Shown one piece after another: positions 10,630 to 24,789 of a stretch of DNA of 28,480 nt. The stretch covers positions 1 through 28,480 of the forward strand of contig NW_021833573.1 in NCBI RefSeq assembly GCF_006345805.1, in the 5' to 3' direction. How positions within the stretch are numbered: position 1 is the stretch's first letter; each line of letters starts with the position of its first letter. Source of the stretch: Octopus sinensis. Lineage: Eukaryota. The position numbers and the translations under genes were made by a program. The notes beneath the pieces were generated by a model. The model was not told the DNA's origin and did not search any database. It saw only the letters and a list, made by a program, of their open reading frames with translations.

Positions 10630-10945
10630 CCAGAACAATTCACAAGATTCGCCAGAATCATCCAGCGAACACCCACCATAAGTCATCAAGGTAAAAATGA
10701 ATTCCTCGCTCTTTCAGGAACATCAATTTTTTATATTGACTGCATTCCACCACTTTGATCTATTTTTTCTATTTTTTATATTGAATGCATATCACCACCA
10801 CGAACCACTGCATCATACACTTTAAACATATAGCATGAACGAACTCACTTCAAACTATATGAACTTTATGATGTCTGACTCCATTGTGTATTATAAATGA
10901 ATTTCTTATATTTGATAGCATGAACTATCCTTTTTTTATATATAA

Positions 10946-10990
10946 CTTTTTTTGATAAGGTTCATTTCAGGAACTGAAACATGTTATAAT
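10946..10990 (+). ncRNA. Minimal type I hammerhead-like motif (U3-A8 variant) at the Penelope 3' end
   Basis: UUGAUAA (10952-10958), stem II GGUUC/GAACU, GAAA-CAUG-UU with palindromic ACAUGU. Stem I is weak. Confidence 0.55.
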
Positions 10991-11044
10991 GTATATATAA
11001 AAATTGTATAATATAGCAGGATTTTCGAACTTCATTTTTTACAA

Positions 11045-11090
<46 letters not shown>

Positions 11091-11334
11091 CATATAAGTC
11101 TATGTGTTTGTATCTTTGTATCTGTGTTTTTCTACTGCATAAGACCTTAATTACCGGTGTCGATTTGTGGCACCCCTAAAAGAGATTAAGTTCCAGTGTA
11201 AAAACAAAAAAAAAACAAAAAGAAACTGTAGTAAGAGAGTTGATTTGTTTAATTAATAATCCTTCAACGCTGTGCTCCAGCATGGCCGCATTCTAGTGAG
11301 TGAATCGATTAAAATCCTATCTACGATTGACATC

Positions 11335-11835
11335 TCCGTTATTGTTACTGTTAGACGCTCACTCTTCTCTTATCGGGCAACACGGTCGGTTGAAGTTCTG
11401 CGGGAGCAATATGTAGAAATCTAGTGGTGAGTGAGAGCGATGACATTCTTGCTGAACCTCTAGGCGTCGAAGACGATGAACTAGCTCCTCTCTTTAGGAG
11501 GATCTTCTTGTATGATTCTACCATGGATAACTTGCAGAAATCCCTGGCCAGTCAGTGCTATCGGGGCGACTGCCAGTTCGCGGTAAACGCTTCAGGTACT
11601 GAAGTGCTGTCAGATGAGAGCCATCTGAGATACGCGAAGATCCACGAAACCTGAAGTGTTAGGGTGTTGCTGACTTGTGGAGTTATGTCGGACAGCTGTT
11701 ATCACGTGTGCGACGATTCCGATAATCGACGTAATCAATTGTGAGGATCATCCAACGATACACCTGTAACAAGGTAGGACAGAGAGTGTTCCTCTGTCTA
11801 GTGACTATGGCAAAACAGATTGTGAGGTGAGGCTT
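11335..11835 (+). mobile_element. Old degraded L1/Tx1-clade fragment
   Basis: MDNLQKSLASQCYR aligns with MDNFQRSLAWQCYQ of the copy at 888. Boundaries approximate. Confidence 0.6.
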
Positions 11836-12654
11836 AATGAATAGAGGAAAAATACCTTCACTTCTCTTCTCTGTAGTCTATTATCCTCCTGTTTTTCTAT
11901 GCTCACATAATCAGTCTCCTTTCCTCTTCTCTCACATATTCCTCTTCCTTTTCTCTTTTCCCTCTACCTCTCTTAATATCTCTTCTCCTCTCACTGACTC
12001 TACCTCTCTTCCTCATTCTTCTCTCAACATATTCTTCCTCGTACCTTAGTAACCGACTTCTCCTGCTCTCGTTATATGTATAGAAAAAATTCCATCGGTT
12101 GGTTATATTTCAAAACCTAGAAACTGATGGAGATATTGCGTAACGGAAGTATTTCCTATTATACGCAAAAGGTCTGGAACGTGCGTATTAAATGCATACA
12201 AAATATCATTATTTGGTTCGACGTCATTATCGTAATTTAGAGGACTTGATACCGCTATAAACTAGCCCATCGCGACTCCTTTTACATTGATATTCTAACA
12301 AAGATTCGTAGTTTCTTCTATTTGACTCGAGTCCAAAATTATAGTACCATGTTATGCTTTTAAACATAGCACGGAAAATATTGTTCACGTATACATATGT
12401 TTGTGTGTATATATATATATCTGTGTGTGTATGTGTGTGTGTGGGTGAGTGTGGGTGTGTTTGTGTGTAAACGCTATGCCCGTTCAAACGTAAATATGTA
12501 GTTGATTAAACACTAATGTTTACACTGGTAAATAATCAAACGGAGAATACACCAGAGTCAATTGGCTACTTCAGATAACGATTCGTCACAGGCTGTTTGA
12601 TGGCATCTCGCTCTTTCTCTCCTCCCCCAGCTTACACGCTATCTAAGTATCAAA

Positions 12655-12696
<42 letters not shown>

Positions 12697-12994
12697 GCTA
12701 ATTTCTAATTCAGTATGTATATATTACTTAATTACATACACACATACGCTCACACACACACACACATGAACACTCGCACACACGCACACACTCACAGACA
12801 TACACACACACACGCAAACCGAGGCACACGAACGCACATACACATACACTCAAACAGATACATACAAACGCACACGTATATATGTCTGTACACACATTCA
12901 AAGAATTTAATGAAATATATAGATAAATACGCATCTTTGTGCACGAAAACGCATACATATATATTTCATTTATATGTTTATCTCTCTCTCTCTC

Positions 12995-13080
<86 letters not shown>

Positions 13081-13687
13081 GCACGCTCATACACATGTAT
13101 GTTTATATATGAATGATCCATATATCGATCTTTATGTGAATAAATCGATCTATTTATGTGTGAAAGTGTGTGCATGTACGATTTTGCGTATGCATATGTA
13201 TAACCACATCCCTACACACACATACACACACACGCAGGTACATATACACGCATACGTTTATTTGCGCGTGCATATACGAAAGTCTCGTTGCGTGTGTATT
13301 AAACTCATTAAAATACAACCTCGTTACCGTAAAATAAATATATTTACGAGACGGACTACCCACATCACCTCCTCCAATCAAACATCTTATATTTACGTAT
13401 TTACCTGTGTCTGTGTATCTACGTTCGTGTGTCTGTTCGTCTCCTACCTCTTTTCTATCCCACTAATTTGTCTTACTTTATCGTTCATTACGAAAGCATA
13501 CCTATATACACTGGCTCTCTCTTTCACCTGCAGTTTTTTTTTCTCCCATTCACTCTCTCATTCCCATCCGTTCTAACGCTGCCTCCCTCTCTCCCTCATC
13601 TCTCTTTGTCTATATATAGACATAATGTGTGAGTGTGCGTGTGGAATATAGGCATCTATTTATCCAAATATTTAAAGATACACATAG

Positions 13688-13689
13688 AC

Positions 13690-13787
<98 letters not shown>
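13688..13787. repeat. (CA)n/(TA)n microsatellite
   Basis: Directly visible. Confidence 0.95.
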
Positions 13788-13879
13788 GTTTAATCTCAAT
13801 CCATTACGTTTTTAGCCGGAGGCTGATGCCATGCCAGAGCACCGCCTTTCAGTTTGTTTATATTCTCTTTCACTCTCAT

Positions 13880-13913
<34 letters not shown>

Positions 13914-14019
13914 GTATACATTCATACATACATACATACGTGCATACGTACATATACAGATAGCGAGGTATAGATAGATAGATAGGTATACAGATTGATA
14001 TATATATATATATATATAT

Positions 14020-14071
<52 letters not shown>

Positions 14072-14182
14072 TTATTGAGGTCCAACTATTTATCTCCCTC
14101 ACTCTAATATCTCTGATCTTTATTTCATTTCCCCTATTGCTCTCTATCTCTTTCGCCTGCTCCCTCTGTCTCTCCCTCCTCT

Positions 14183-14214
<32 letters not shown>

Positions 14215-14215
14215 A

Positions 14216-14276
<61 letters not shown>

Positions 14277-15131
14277 ATTTACTTTCGCCAACACGGGACC
14301 TTTGATTTCGGCAAATGATAAACAGGCTTTAATGAAAACCAATTGAAGACTGATTCTGAAAACCGTATAGCAAGCATGGAAAGGTTACATAGAAAAACCT
14401 ATACCGAAACCATTCGCTATACAACACTGATAAAAAAAAAATTACAATATCACAAAAAAAACAAAAAAAATCACTATAATATAAAAAAATATATGAAACA
14501 AACCTTACACAATTATTACAGTATGTAGCACCATAGAAATGCATGAGTATCGTTTACTAGTATACAGACTTCTAAAAAAAATTTTTTCTGTTGAGTGTTA
14601 GCAAATGCTTTCTTTATTTTTTTTATATGTTACACGCTTACATTTTTTTTTATATACTATCAATTATTATCATTATTATTATTTTTGTTATTATTTTGGC
14701 AGATATTGTTGCTGTTGTAGTTAGAGTAGCTGTTGTTTAGTTGGGTTACCAATGGCCGTCAACCAACCAGCCAGCCAGTTAGCCAGCCTACCAACCAACC
14801 AACCATCCAAATCAATTTCCTGTGATCTTTGAAGATCAAAAGATTGAATCGAGAATACACTGTTGCAGATGTAAGGTCATAGGACCGGCAGTATGTATAT
14901 ATATATGGTAGGTACGTAGGTATATATATATATATATATATATATACAGGCATGTGTACATACATATATTTGCACGCACATAGAGCATGCGCACACGGAT
15001 GGACGGACACATACATGTGTGGATGTCAAAGAAGTTTTAAAGTTTGCCTCGTAACAATGATATCCCGAGTTCAATGTTGCTGCAAGGCATCACGGACAAT
15101 TGTGTTTAACAAAGCCAAGTCCACCAGAAAA

Positions 15132-15151
15132 TATGTGTGCATATATATGTG

Positions 15152-15210
<59 letters not shown>

Positions 15211-15294
15211 CAAACATACATACATATATATATATATATGGGTGTGGGTGTGTGTGTGTGTGTATGCGCGTGCGTATGTATGTGTATATATATG

Positions 15295-15332
<38 letters not shown>

Positions 15333-15705
15333 TATGTATGTATATATATATATATATAGGTATGTATGTATATATATATATATATATATATGTATGCATA
15401 CGTATATAAAGATATATGTACATATATATGTATATATACACGTGCATGTCTATACATACACACACATGCACACACACATGCACAGACACATATATGTATG
15501 AATGGATGTATGTGTATATGTGTGTGTGCATGGATATATTTATATATATACATATATAAATTGTATATATATATATGTGTATATATGCATGTATATATAA
15601 GCATACGCATATATTTACATACATATACATATACATAATATATACAAACATAAAGATATAAACACACGTGTGTGTGTTTATGTTTGTATGAGTGTGTGTG
15701 GGTAT
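15132..15705. repeat. Long compound (TA)n/(TG)n/(CA)n tract
   Basis: Directly visible; similar tracts at 160-365, 3600-3985, 5770-6500, 12730-13100 and 27690-28340. Confidence 0.9.
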
Positions 15706-16149
15706 GTAGAAGTGTACGCAGTACGTACACATATAATGCCATCGTATATGCATGCTTTTTTCCCCAGACTATATCTGGATACTTTCTTTCTGCATGCTGC
15801 CCACTTGTGTGATGCCTTCCAATGAAATAACAACAGGCAACAAACCATTTCCAATGCCACTAAATTTCTAGAAGGCCACGAACGTCCTTCAAGGGTGGGC
15901 AACATTACCATCGCAGTTATTTTCAAAAGGGCCGCGAAAGTATCGCTCGGAGAACAGAAACCCTTCAATCCTCCACTTTGCATATGTATATCATTTTGTC
16001 TCATCAAGAAGCATCAAATACACGTTCGACCTTGCTGCGATGTCATCTCAGATCCAATAGTGCTACAACATATAACGTAAGACAATTTTCCTGGTTGTGA
16101 TACCATCTGACCATATTAGAAAATGGATTATAATTGTTCCCAAATCCTA

Positions 16150-16328
16150 ATATAGATACAAGGCCTGAAATTTGTGGCGCGTCGACAAATCGATTACATC
16201 GACTCTCAGTGGTGTTTATTTTATGTGCCCCGATAATATTAAAAGATATTTCGACCTCACCGGAATATGAACTCGCAGCGTAAATACGGACGAAATGCTG
16301 CTAAGCAATTTGTCAGTTTGCCCCCTTA
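16150..16328 (-). mobile_element. Degraded SINE, Meta-like core family
   Basis: caaggcctgaaattt...cgacctc...gaactc...gacgaaatgctgctaagca matches the other copies. Confidence 0.7.
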
Positions 16329-16974
16329 AACCTAATATCGTGGTAAGCTCTGGAAATGATTGTCATCAAATAGCTGATTAATGAAGGACAAACGATGATG
16401 TAACATAATATAGAAAGGATTCACTGAAACCCAGAGGTATTTCCATCGATCACTGTATCTGATCTTTCAAACTCTAATTTTGAATCTCCTATTTGTTAAT
16501 TTTTAGGATCAAATCTTATTTTGCAATTCTGGAAATTTTAAGAACTTGCTCTTAAGGAAACAAAATAAAAATTAGTTTTTATGAATTCTATGCATCCTTT
16601 TCCTTATAATTCTTTATTTGAAATCCACATTTCTAATACCATCAAATATTATGCTAAAATGATTATTTCCCTTGTAATAACTATCGGCAAAGGTGCAACA
16701 TGTACTTTGTTATAATTTTTTTCTGTTATTTTCTTATTTTTGTGTATGTGGTATTTACTTGTGAAGCAGCAGGAATATGTCAAGAGATTCTCTTTTTATG
16801 GATATCTCTTTTTTACGGACATTTTTAAATATCTATGATTACATTATTCAGTGTTTCTTTTCTATTGCTTAGTTTCAAATCGCTTCTCACCTAGCGTGTA
16901 CGCGGGAAAAGGTATTGAAGCAGACATGCAAACAAAAAACTTTCTAACCTGGGTGACATCAAAGATATTTAGCT

Positions 16975-17288
16975 GGCACTCCGTCGGTTACGACGACGAG
17001 GGTTCCAGTTGATCCGATCAACGGCATAGCCTGCTCGTGAAATTAACGCGCATGTGGTTCAACACTCTACAGACACGTGAACTTTTAACGTATTTCTCGG
17101 GAAGATTCAGCGAGACACAGCGTATGACAAGACTGGCCCTTTGAAATAAAGTTCTACTCATGTTAGTCAACTGAATGAACTGGAGCAACGTGAAATAAAA
17201 TGTCTTGCTTAAGGACACAACGCGTCGCCTGGAATCGAACTCACTTGCGATCACGAGCAGAATTCTCTAACCGCTATGCCACGTGCCA
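16975..17288 (-). mobile_element. tRNA-derived SINE (body A + tail X)
   Basis: B box GAGTTCGATTCC, body GTGTCCTTAAGCAAGACA, tail nearly identical to 26370-26540. Confidence 0.8.
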
Positions 17289-18169
17289 TCATTCAAGGCT
17301 ATTTATAGCAGTCATATCGTCAAAAGTGCTGCAACTGGTATATCATTAATCATATTGCAGGGGGCATTACATTAATGATTTGAGTAGCAAATACATCGTC
17401 AAATGCATTGCCACCGACGTGTCATCAAGGTTATTTTGGGCCAGGTGCATCCTCCAAACTTTTGCAGCTGTCTGTCATCGATCACTTAAATATGCAACAT
17501 GTCAGTGAGTCTATTTCAGCTGTAAGCACACCGCCGTTTGTTTAGACATTGTGTGTTTAAGATAACTACCTAGTGTGTCCTTCATTGTTCTATATTGGGA
17601 AAAGCAAGTACCAAATAGATTGTGAGGCCGATTAAATGACTTAAAAAGTCCAAGGTAATTTTGGTGGTTGTGATTATGATGAACGTTGGAGAACATGGCC
17701 ACTGGGATGTAACCTGGGTTCATGCCCATGTGGGGCCCCTTTATGTTTACAATACAAACGCAACAGTATCCTATTTGATTTCCAAATATTCAGGTTTCAA
17801 AACTTACGTACACATGGAGTAGTGACACACATATTTACATGTATATAGATATATGCATACATTCATACATATATGCATACACACATGCATATACTCACGC
17901 ACATGCCCAGATGCGCGCACGAACACACACAAATAAACATATAGATATGTTTGCTAGCAGGATATATATGTATATGTATATACATATATATATTTACATG
18001 TGTGCGTGTGTGTGTGTGTATGTTTGTGTGTGTGTGTATGTTTGTGTATGTGTTTGTGTGTGTCTCCTTGACTTTCCCACTTTAATATTTCCACGCACAT
18101 GTTTCCGTGTCCCCATTTGTTTCAACAAATGTGTGTGAGCAATCAGTTGCAGCTTTAAACCCTTTGACA

Positions 18170-18685
18170 AATTGCCATTCTCCTCCGAATCCAGAGCAGA
18201 GGAGGAGCTCGGCAACATCCAGGGCGACTGACCACCAGTTTTTAGGACATGGCTACCCACCCTGTTGTCAGAGAGTGGCCAATAAATGGTGACCCCCAGA
18301 CCATTCAGCCAATTGACGGTGAGTGGAACGTCTTTAGTTTACTGGATGAAGAAAACAAAGCGAGACTGCAAAGGAGAACAAATCGCAGAGGGAAAGAACT
18401 TGCTCGATACAGTGTAGATATTACACTACACAACAAAACCAGGCTCGCGGATGAAAGTTTTGTTGATGAACGTGATATTGGTAATAAATTCTGGAGAGGA
18501 ATGGCGCAAAATGAAGGCAAGGTTCTTGGAATAAGCTTCGCCATACGGACCAGTCTGAAGCAACAATAGCGCTCTGATCGACACGCCGGCATTGGTGAAA
18601 GATTGATAAGGCTGCATCCGCCCCTCTCCCAAAAAGGTCAAGCGAGCATTAATAGTGCCTATGTCCTCACTCTGACCAGTGCCTG
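18170..18685 (+). mobile_element. Degraded RTE/BovB-like LINE 5' part (AP endonuclease N-terminus)
   Basis: WNVFSLLD....RRT...KELARYSVDI..L..TRLADE...FWRG......LGISFAIRTSL and a downstream SAYV-like motif. Confidence 0.75.
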
Positions 18686-18964
18686 AGCTATATTAAGTAC
18701 ACACAAATGTAAGTAAATACACACACACACACACACACACAAACACGTACACACACAAACACACACACTCACAGATACAAGACTGTATATACATATTTAT
18801 ACAGAATATATATATATTTCCTCACGTACATACATACAAACAAACATATACATATGCACACATATACACACGTAAACACACACACACACACACACACACA
18901 TACAGAGGCATACATACAAACGCGGGCCAGCATAAGTGGTTATTGTTCACACAGCGTATGTAAA

Positions 18965-19023
<59 letters not shown>

Positions 19024-19111
19024 CAATAAAAATAATAATGATAATAATAATAATAATAATAATAACAACAACAACAACAACAACAATAATAATAATAATA
19101 ATAATAATAAT
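18965..19111. repeat. (AAT)n/(AAC)n trinucleotide repeat
   Basis: Directly visible. Confidence 0.95.
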
Positions 19112-20035
19112 TTTCAATCAAGGGATATCAACGCCACCACTACAACTGGACTGGGCAGTATTAATAAAAGAAGACGAAAAAAAAAGATACACTTCACATA
19201 GTCACAAAGTTTAATTGTGTATTAAAAAAAATATCCTTATAATATATTTATACTGCTTAGAATGCAACAGTTACTTAGCTATTTATGAAGAATTCCAAGT
19301 TCACTGTAACAAATGCAAACTTCTGAAGCGAGGTGAAAATTCGAAAAAAAGAAAGTATAAAAAACTGAAAAAGAACACAGAACGAAATTAGGTTTTTATA
19401 TCTATTTTTTTTCTTCTTTTGTTCATTATTTAATGAAATTTGTTCAGCACAACTGGTTGGTATTTTCGATGGGATCATCCATCCATAAAGGAACGGTGCG
19501 GAAATTAAATACGCTCTGTTAATCGCTTAGGAGCACTCTTGCGTTCAAACATGCGTACGCTGAATATTTAGTTTCTTGCTTAAACAAGCAGTTTGTGCAC
19601 CGTTGTGTCAATGTGATGTGATAAATTATGAAGAAGGAGCTTCTCACTGAGATGGGCGCTGTTGCATACTGTTGGATAGTGATGATGGCTTTGAATTGTT
19701 GACAAATGTTGATGCGTACGTGGTGAGGTAATGGCGGCGAGGTGAAGTCGTAATTGTCATGATGTTGAGGAGGAGGAGGAAGAAGGGGGTGGAGTTCTGA
19801 TGCTTGTGCGTTGAGGTAGCGGTGTTTCTTGACAGGCTGTTGTTGTGTAGGTGCTGAAGTACAACGTACATATGAAGGTATTTTCAAAGTGGTGCTTGAT
19901 GTGGCGGCGGGGATGTGTTCGTGTTGAAGTTTTGCAGTTTATGCAGGTGTATGAATGAAAACACACACACACACACGTACACAGTAACACACGCTCACAC
20001 ACACACACACTCACGCAAAAACACAAACACACACA

Positions 20036-20552
20036 TAGGTGTAGCTGTGGCTTCCAAACCACATGGAACCATGTCAAACCACATCCATCTGTGTTTGGAC
20101 CACTGTGCGGCACCTTGAGCAAGTGTCTTCTACTATAGTATCGGGTCGACCGAAGTCTTACACACGCGAAGTTACACACACGAAGTTTACACACGCACCC
20201 AGTTACGCACACACACACACACACATATACACATGTATACACACACACATACACACACATGTACGCACTCACTCACGTATACACATATACAAGTATATAC
20301 GTATATATACATATACATATATGTGTGTGTGTCTTTGTATCTGTGTTTGGACTCCACCGGAGCTTTACAAACAGTGTTCGTGTGTTTACGTCCCGCTAAG
20401 TGAGCAGTCCATCAAAAGTACTCTGATCAAATAAGTACTAGGCTAAAAAAAACAACTAATAAACTAAAATAGTGATGTCGATTCTTTCAACTTATATTTC
20501 ACAAAGAGATGCTTCGGCATGGCCACAGTCCATGACAGAAACAACAGAAGAA
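20036..20552 (+). mobile_element. Degraded copy of the same SINE family, opposite orientation
   Basis: gcggcaccttgagcaagtgtcttctactatag...cgaccgaag, internal CA/TA repeat, tail ataagtactaggct...gcatggccacagtc. Confidence 0.6.
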
Positions 20553-20623
20553 AGCAATACAAGCATATCTCTGTCTTTCTACCTGTCTGTCTCCTTCTCT
20601 CTCTCCCCTTCCCTCTCTATGTA

Positions 20624-20723
<100 letters not shown>

Positions 20724-20748
20724 GTGTGTGTGTGTATACATATATATA

Positions 20749-20996
20749 TTCTTTTATTTGTTGCAGTCATTTGACTGCGGCCATGCTGGAGCACCGCCTT
20801 TGGTCGAGCAAATCGACCCGAGGACTTATTCTTTGTGAACCTAGTACTTATTCTATCGGTCTCTTCTGCCTTATCAAGCGATGTTGTTGTTGTTGGTGGT
20901 GGTGGTGACAAACACGGACACACACAAACATATACACACACTTGTCCTGCGTTGCTGTGTTTTTTTCTCTTTTTTTCTGTGTTTTTTTGTTTGGAT

Positions 20997-21035
<39 letters not shown>

Positions 21036-21195
21036 GACAGGCTTCTTTCAGTTTCCATCTACCAAATCCACTCACAAGGCTTTGGTCGGCCCGAAGCTAT
21101 AGAAGACACTTTGCCAAGAAGCCACGCAGTGGAACTGAACCCGAAAACATATGGCTGGTAAGCAAGCTACTTACCACACAGACACTCCTTCACCT
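20749..21195 (-). mobile_element. tRNA-derived SINE with internal microsatellite (tail GCTCCAGCATGGCCGCAGTC)
   Basis: Head GGAGTGTCTGTGTGGTAAG..GGGTTCAGTTCC, body TTGGCAAAGTGTCTTCTA. Related fragments at 2345-2592, 11095-11315 and 20036-20552. Confidence 0.75.
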
Positions 21196-21311
21196 ATTTT
21201 GAAATGGTTTCTAGACGCAACGAGAATTTTAGAAAAATGAATTAGTAAATGAATGGAAATTTTACCGGTGAGTGTGTTATATTAGCAGCCACTAAACGAG
21301 AATGACTATAT

Positions 21312-21362
<51 letters not shown>

Positions 21363-21599
21363 TATATATATATAATATATATATATATACATATATTAAA
21401 AGAAATAATAATATTAGTTACCGCAAGCATAAAACCGTACAGGCAAAATAATAAATATATATAAAAATATATATAATTAGGGTACTAAGAAACATCAGCT
21501 TTTCTAAAAATAGTTATAAAAACTCCGAAGCCACAGGAATTAACATTAAATCTTTTTACAGGCAAATCATCTTGATCGTGAGCAGCCAGACACTCGGAT

Positions 21600-21975
21600 G
21601 ACACTTTGAGACCTCTGGCCAACACTTAACATCCATTCCGTTTTTGATCTCGCCTTCCTTCTTCATTCAGGTCCCATTATTCTTTTTATATCGTCAAATT
21701 CATCCGAGTGGAGGCCTTTCGGAGAGGTTGTTTCCGCTAACATGGGCACGAGTCAACATCTGCAAATAGCTCACCGATTATCGATGCAGTGTGTGACATG
21801 ACTGGGCCATCAGAATTTCTCCAGACGATATTTGGCGCGGCGATAAAGAGCTTTACTCCGATTTTTTATTTGAGCTGCTGATTTCGCATGCGATCTCTCA
21901 AGGAAATTTCCAGCATCGACCTTTCCATACCCTCTGAGGAAGAGCGGCCTTTTTGATAAGGTCTTCGAAGTTATT
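21600..21975 (-). mobile_element. Degraded RTE-clade LINE 3' fragment
   Basis: Minus-strand remnants MERSMLEISLRDRMRN and *WPSHVTHCIDNR* match the RTE C-terminal pattern MER.ML...LRDR.RN / KWAGHV.R..DNRW. Confidence 0.65.
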
Positions 21976-22145
21976 CCATAGTTAATAGTCCTTTAAACGA
22001 ATATTATTAACTTCTTTCATAGTGTGAAAATTTTGAATTATTGCCTTCGATAACGTTCCATTATTTAATGATAATACAAAGCTTGACGGTCAAACACATC
22101 TTAGGACAATCAGGATGAATAATATTATTATATATGAAATGTGAT

Positions 22146-22670
22146 AAGGCGACGAACTGGCAAAATCATTAGAACACCGGTCAAATTGCTTAGCGTCATT
22201 TTGACGTTCCGAGTTCAAATTCCACTGATGTCAACTTTGTCTTTCACCCTTTCCAGATCGATGAAGTACCACCGAGCACAGGGGTTAACCAAATAAGTAA
22301 CGGGAGATATAATCGACTAGCCTACTGCCCCAACATTTCAGGCCTTGTGTCAATATTAGAAAGGATTATTATCGATGAATTGTTGTAAGGCGGTGAGCTG
22401 AAAGAATCTTTAGCACGCTGGACCAAATGCTTAGCATAATTTCGTCCGTCTTTACGTTTTGAGCTCAAATTCATCATTTCGGTGCACAGGGGTCGATGAA
22501 ATAAGTACCAGTCGAGCACTCGGTTCCATGTAATTGACCAGCCCACTTCCCGAAAATTCCAGGTCTTGTGCCTATGTTAGAAAGCATTACCACAATTCAT
22601 CTATAATGATGAATTGTGGTAAGGCGGCGAGTTATTTAATCGTTAGCATTCCGAACAAACTACTTAGCGT
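22146..22670 (+). mobile_element. Tandem degraded SINEs, Meta-like core family (two copies plus a head fragment)
   Basis: Heads aaggcg.. at ~22146, ~22388, ~22621; tails ...ggccttgtg(t/c)c. Confidence 0.75.
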
Positions 22671-22816
22671 CACACACAGCAATTTTAACAAGTCGTAACC
22701 GACCAAAAGAAGCGTGGCGGAGAACAGCAAAAGAAGGTCTTAAAAGCAGAGAGTCAACAAAAGAACAAGCTGTCAAGGAGGCTTTCACTGTTAGAAGCTG
22801 GAATGGTCTTTTCTGG

Positions 22817-23237
22817 TCTAGGCACAAGGCCCGAAATGTTTGGGGAGGGGAGCGTCGATTAGATCGACCCCAGTAGGCAACTAGTACTTAGTTTATCGAT
22901 CCCGAATGGATGAAAGGCAAAGTCGACCTCGGCGGATTTGAACTCGGAACGTAAAGACAGACGAAATACAGCTAAGCATTTCGCCCGGCGTGCTAACGTT
23001 TCTTATTTCTTTACTACCCACAAGGTGCTAAATACAGAGGGGACAAACAAGGACAGACAAACGGATTAAGTCGATTATATCGACCTCAGTGCGTAGCTGG
23101 TACTTATTTAATCGACCCTCAAAGGATGAAAGGCAAAGTCGACCTCGGCGGAATTTGAACTCAGAACGGAGCGGCAGACGAAATACCGTTAAGCATTTCG
23201 CCCGGCGGGCTAACATTTCTGCCAGCTCACTGCCTTA
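22817..23237 (-). mobile_element. Two-unit SINE, Meta-like core family
   Basis: Same organisation as 5141-5732; junction at 23002/23003. Confidence 0.88.
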
Positions 23238-23459
23238 GAAGATGGAATAATCTCGCTGTCGCCTCAAGTGCTACGAGGCACATTGAGAACCGAGAATCCT
23301 TCAGATATAATCCAGAAATATGACTTCACAAGCTGATAACTTATCAAGCATAGAATAAGGGAAATAATATTCGTCGTATGTAGGTCTGAAACTGAATACT
23401 CGCAGCCCAGTTTATATGCCACATCATTACCTTACACATACATGCACACACACACACCA

Positions 23460-23510
<51 letters not shown>

Positions 23511-23534
23511 GGCACACACACAAAACACGCTGGT

Positions 23535-23987
23535 TTCAAATTTTGGCACAAGACCATCAATTTTGGAGTTGGTGAGTAAGTCTATTAGTTCAACCCCAAT
23601 ACTCAACTGGTACTCATTTTATTGATTCCGAAAGGCGAAGTCAACCTCGGCTGATTTGAAATCAGAAAGTCAAGACGGACGAAATATCGCTAAGCATTTT
23701 TCCCAGCACGCAAACGATTTCGCCAGCTCGCTACCTTATGCCATCTCTTCACTCCCGCGTTCATACATAACACATTGGTTTCACATGTTGGCACAAGGCC
23801 AGATATTGTCGGTAAGGGGCTAAGTCGATTACATCGATCCCAGAGTCCAACTGTTACTTCTGTTGTCGACCCCGAACGGATGAAAGACAAAAGTTGACGT
23901 TGGGGGAATTTGAACTCAGAACGTAAAACGGGCGAAATGCTTCTAAGCAATTTGGCCGGCGTGCTAACAATTCTACCAGCTCGCCAA
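23535..23987 (-). mobile_element. Two degraded SINE copies, Meta-like core family
   Basis: ggcacaag tails at ~23545 and ~23790; gccagctcg heads at ~23730 and ~23983. Confidence 0.75.
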
Positions 23988-24563
23988 CTTACACACACAT
24001 ATAACACAACGAGCACATACACATACACATACACACACACACTATCTCTTTCTCCCCCCTCTCTCTCTCATACACACACGCGAAATTGCGTTAATTACTT
24101 GAACGTATTCTGTAATTACTGTCAATAAAAGAATGTTGTATAATATTGATTTTGTTTCTCCCTCGTTAGCTTCAGGTTAACATATTTTCAAATTTAACCA
24201 TAATTATGATAATCTGTTTTTATGAGGCACCAGTAAATTTATTAGCGCTGAGCTTAGTAATTGAACGTGATGTTAAATATCGCTCGCTATTTTCTATAGA
24301 TGTGTCGATGGTAGTAGGAGCGGGTGGCGGGAAAGTTGGTAGTGGAGGTAGCGGTAGCTTTTGTGTTCATGCAGTTTAGTGTTGGGAAATATTGTAGGAA
24401 ATTGGATGCCTGAGGAAGATGCTGTAAATAATGTGCAAAAATCTAAATATAGAGATACATGCTGAAGATAGACAGTGAGAAGTGACGCTTTTTTTCTTTC
24501 TTTTTAATATTTTTTCGGGCGATATATATGGCGTTAGACCCTGACATAAGATAATGATCCAGA

Positions 24564-24789
24564 TTCTTCTTCTTCTTCTTCTTCTTCTTCTTCTTCTTCT
24601 TCTTCTTCTTCTTCTTCTTCTTCTTCTTCTTCTTCTTCTTCTTCTTCTTCTTCTTCTTCTTCTTCTTCTTCTTCTTCTTCTTCTTCTTCTCCTTTCTTCT
24701 TCTTCTTCTTCTTTTTCTTCTCCTTCTTCTTCTTCCTCCTCTTCTTCATCATCATCATCATCATCATCATCTTCCTCCTCCTCTTCTTC
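24564..24789. repeat. (TTC)n with (ATC)n/(CTC)n variants
   Basis: Directly visible. Confidence 0.95.

Larger units (their letters stand above)
6961..11045 (+). mobile_element. Penelope-like retroelement (Neptune-type architecture, C-terminal GIY-YIG), 5'-truncated, embedded in (TA)n
   Basis: RT + GIY-YIG ORF, upstream ORF1, ~1 kb 3' region with tandem repeats and a hammerhead-like motif. Bounded by (TA)n at ~6951-6964 and ~11046-11090. Confidence 0.92.

Noticed and set aside
15760-16130. Complex sequence with 109-aa and 61-aa ORFs, possible exon or DNA transposon relic
   Set aside because: No motif I can confidently assign; other frames contain stops.
22690-22790. WRRTAKEGLK..E resembling an RTE/BovB C-terminus
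   Set aside because: Too short to support a call.
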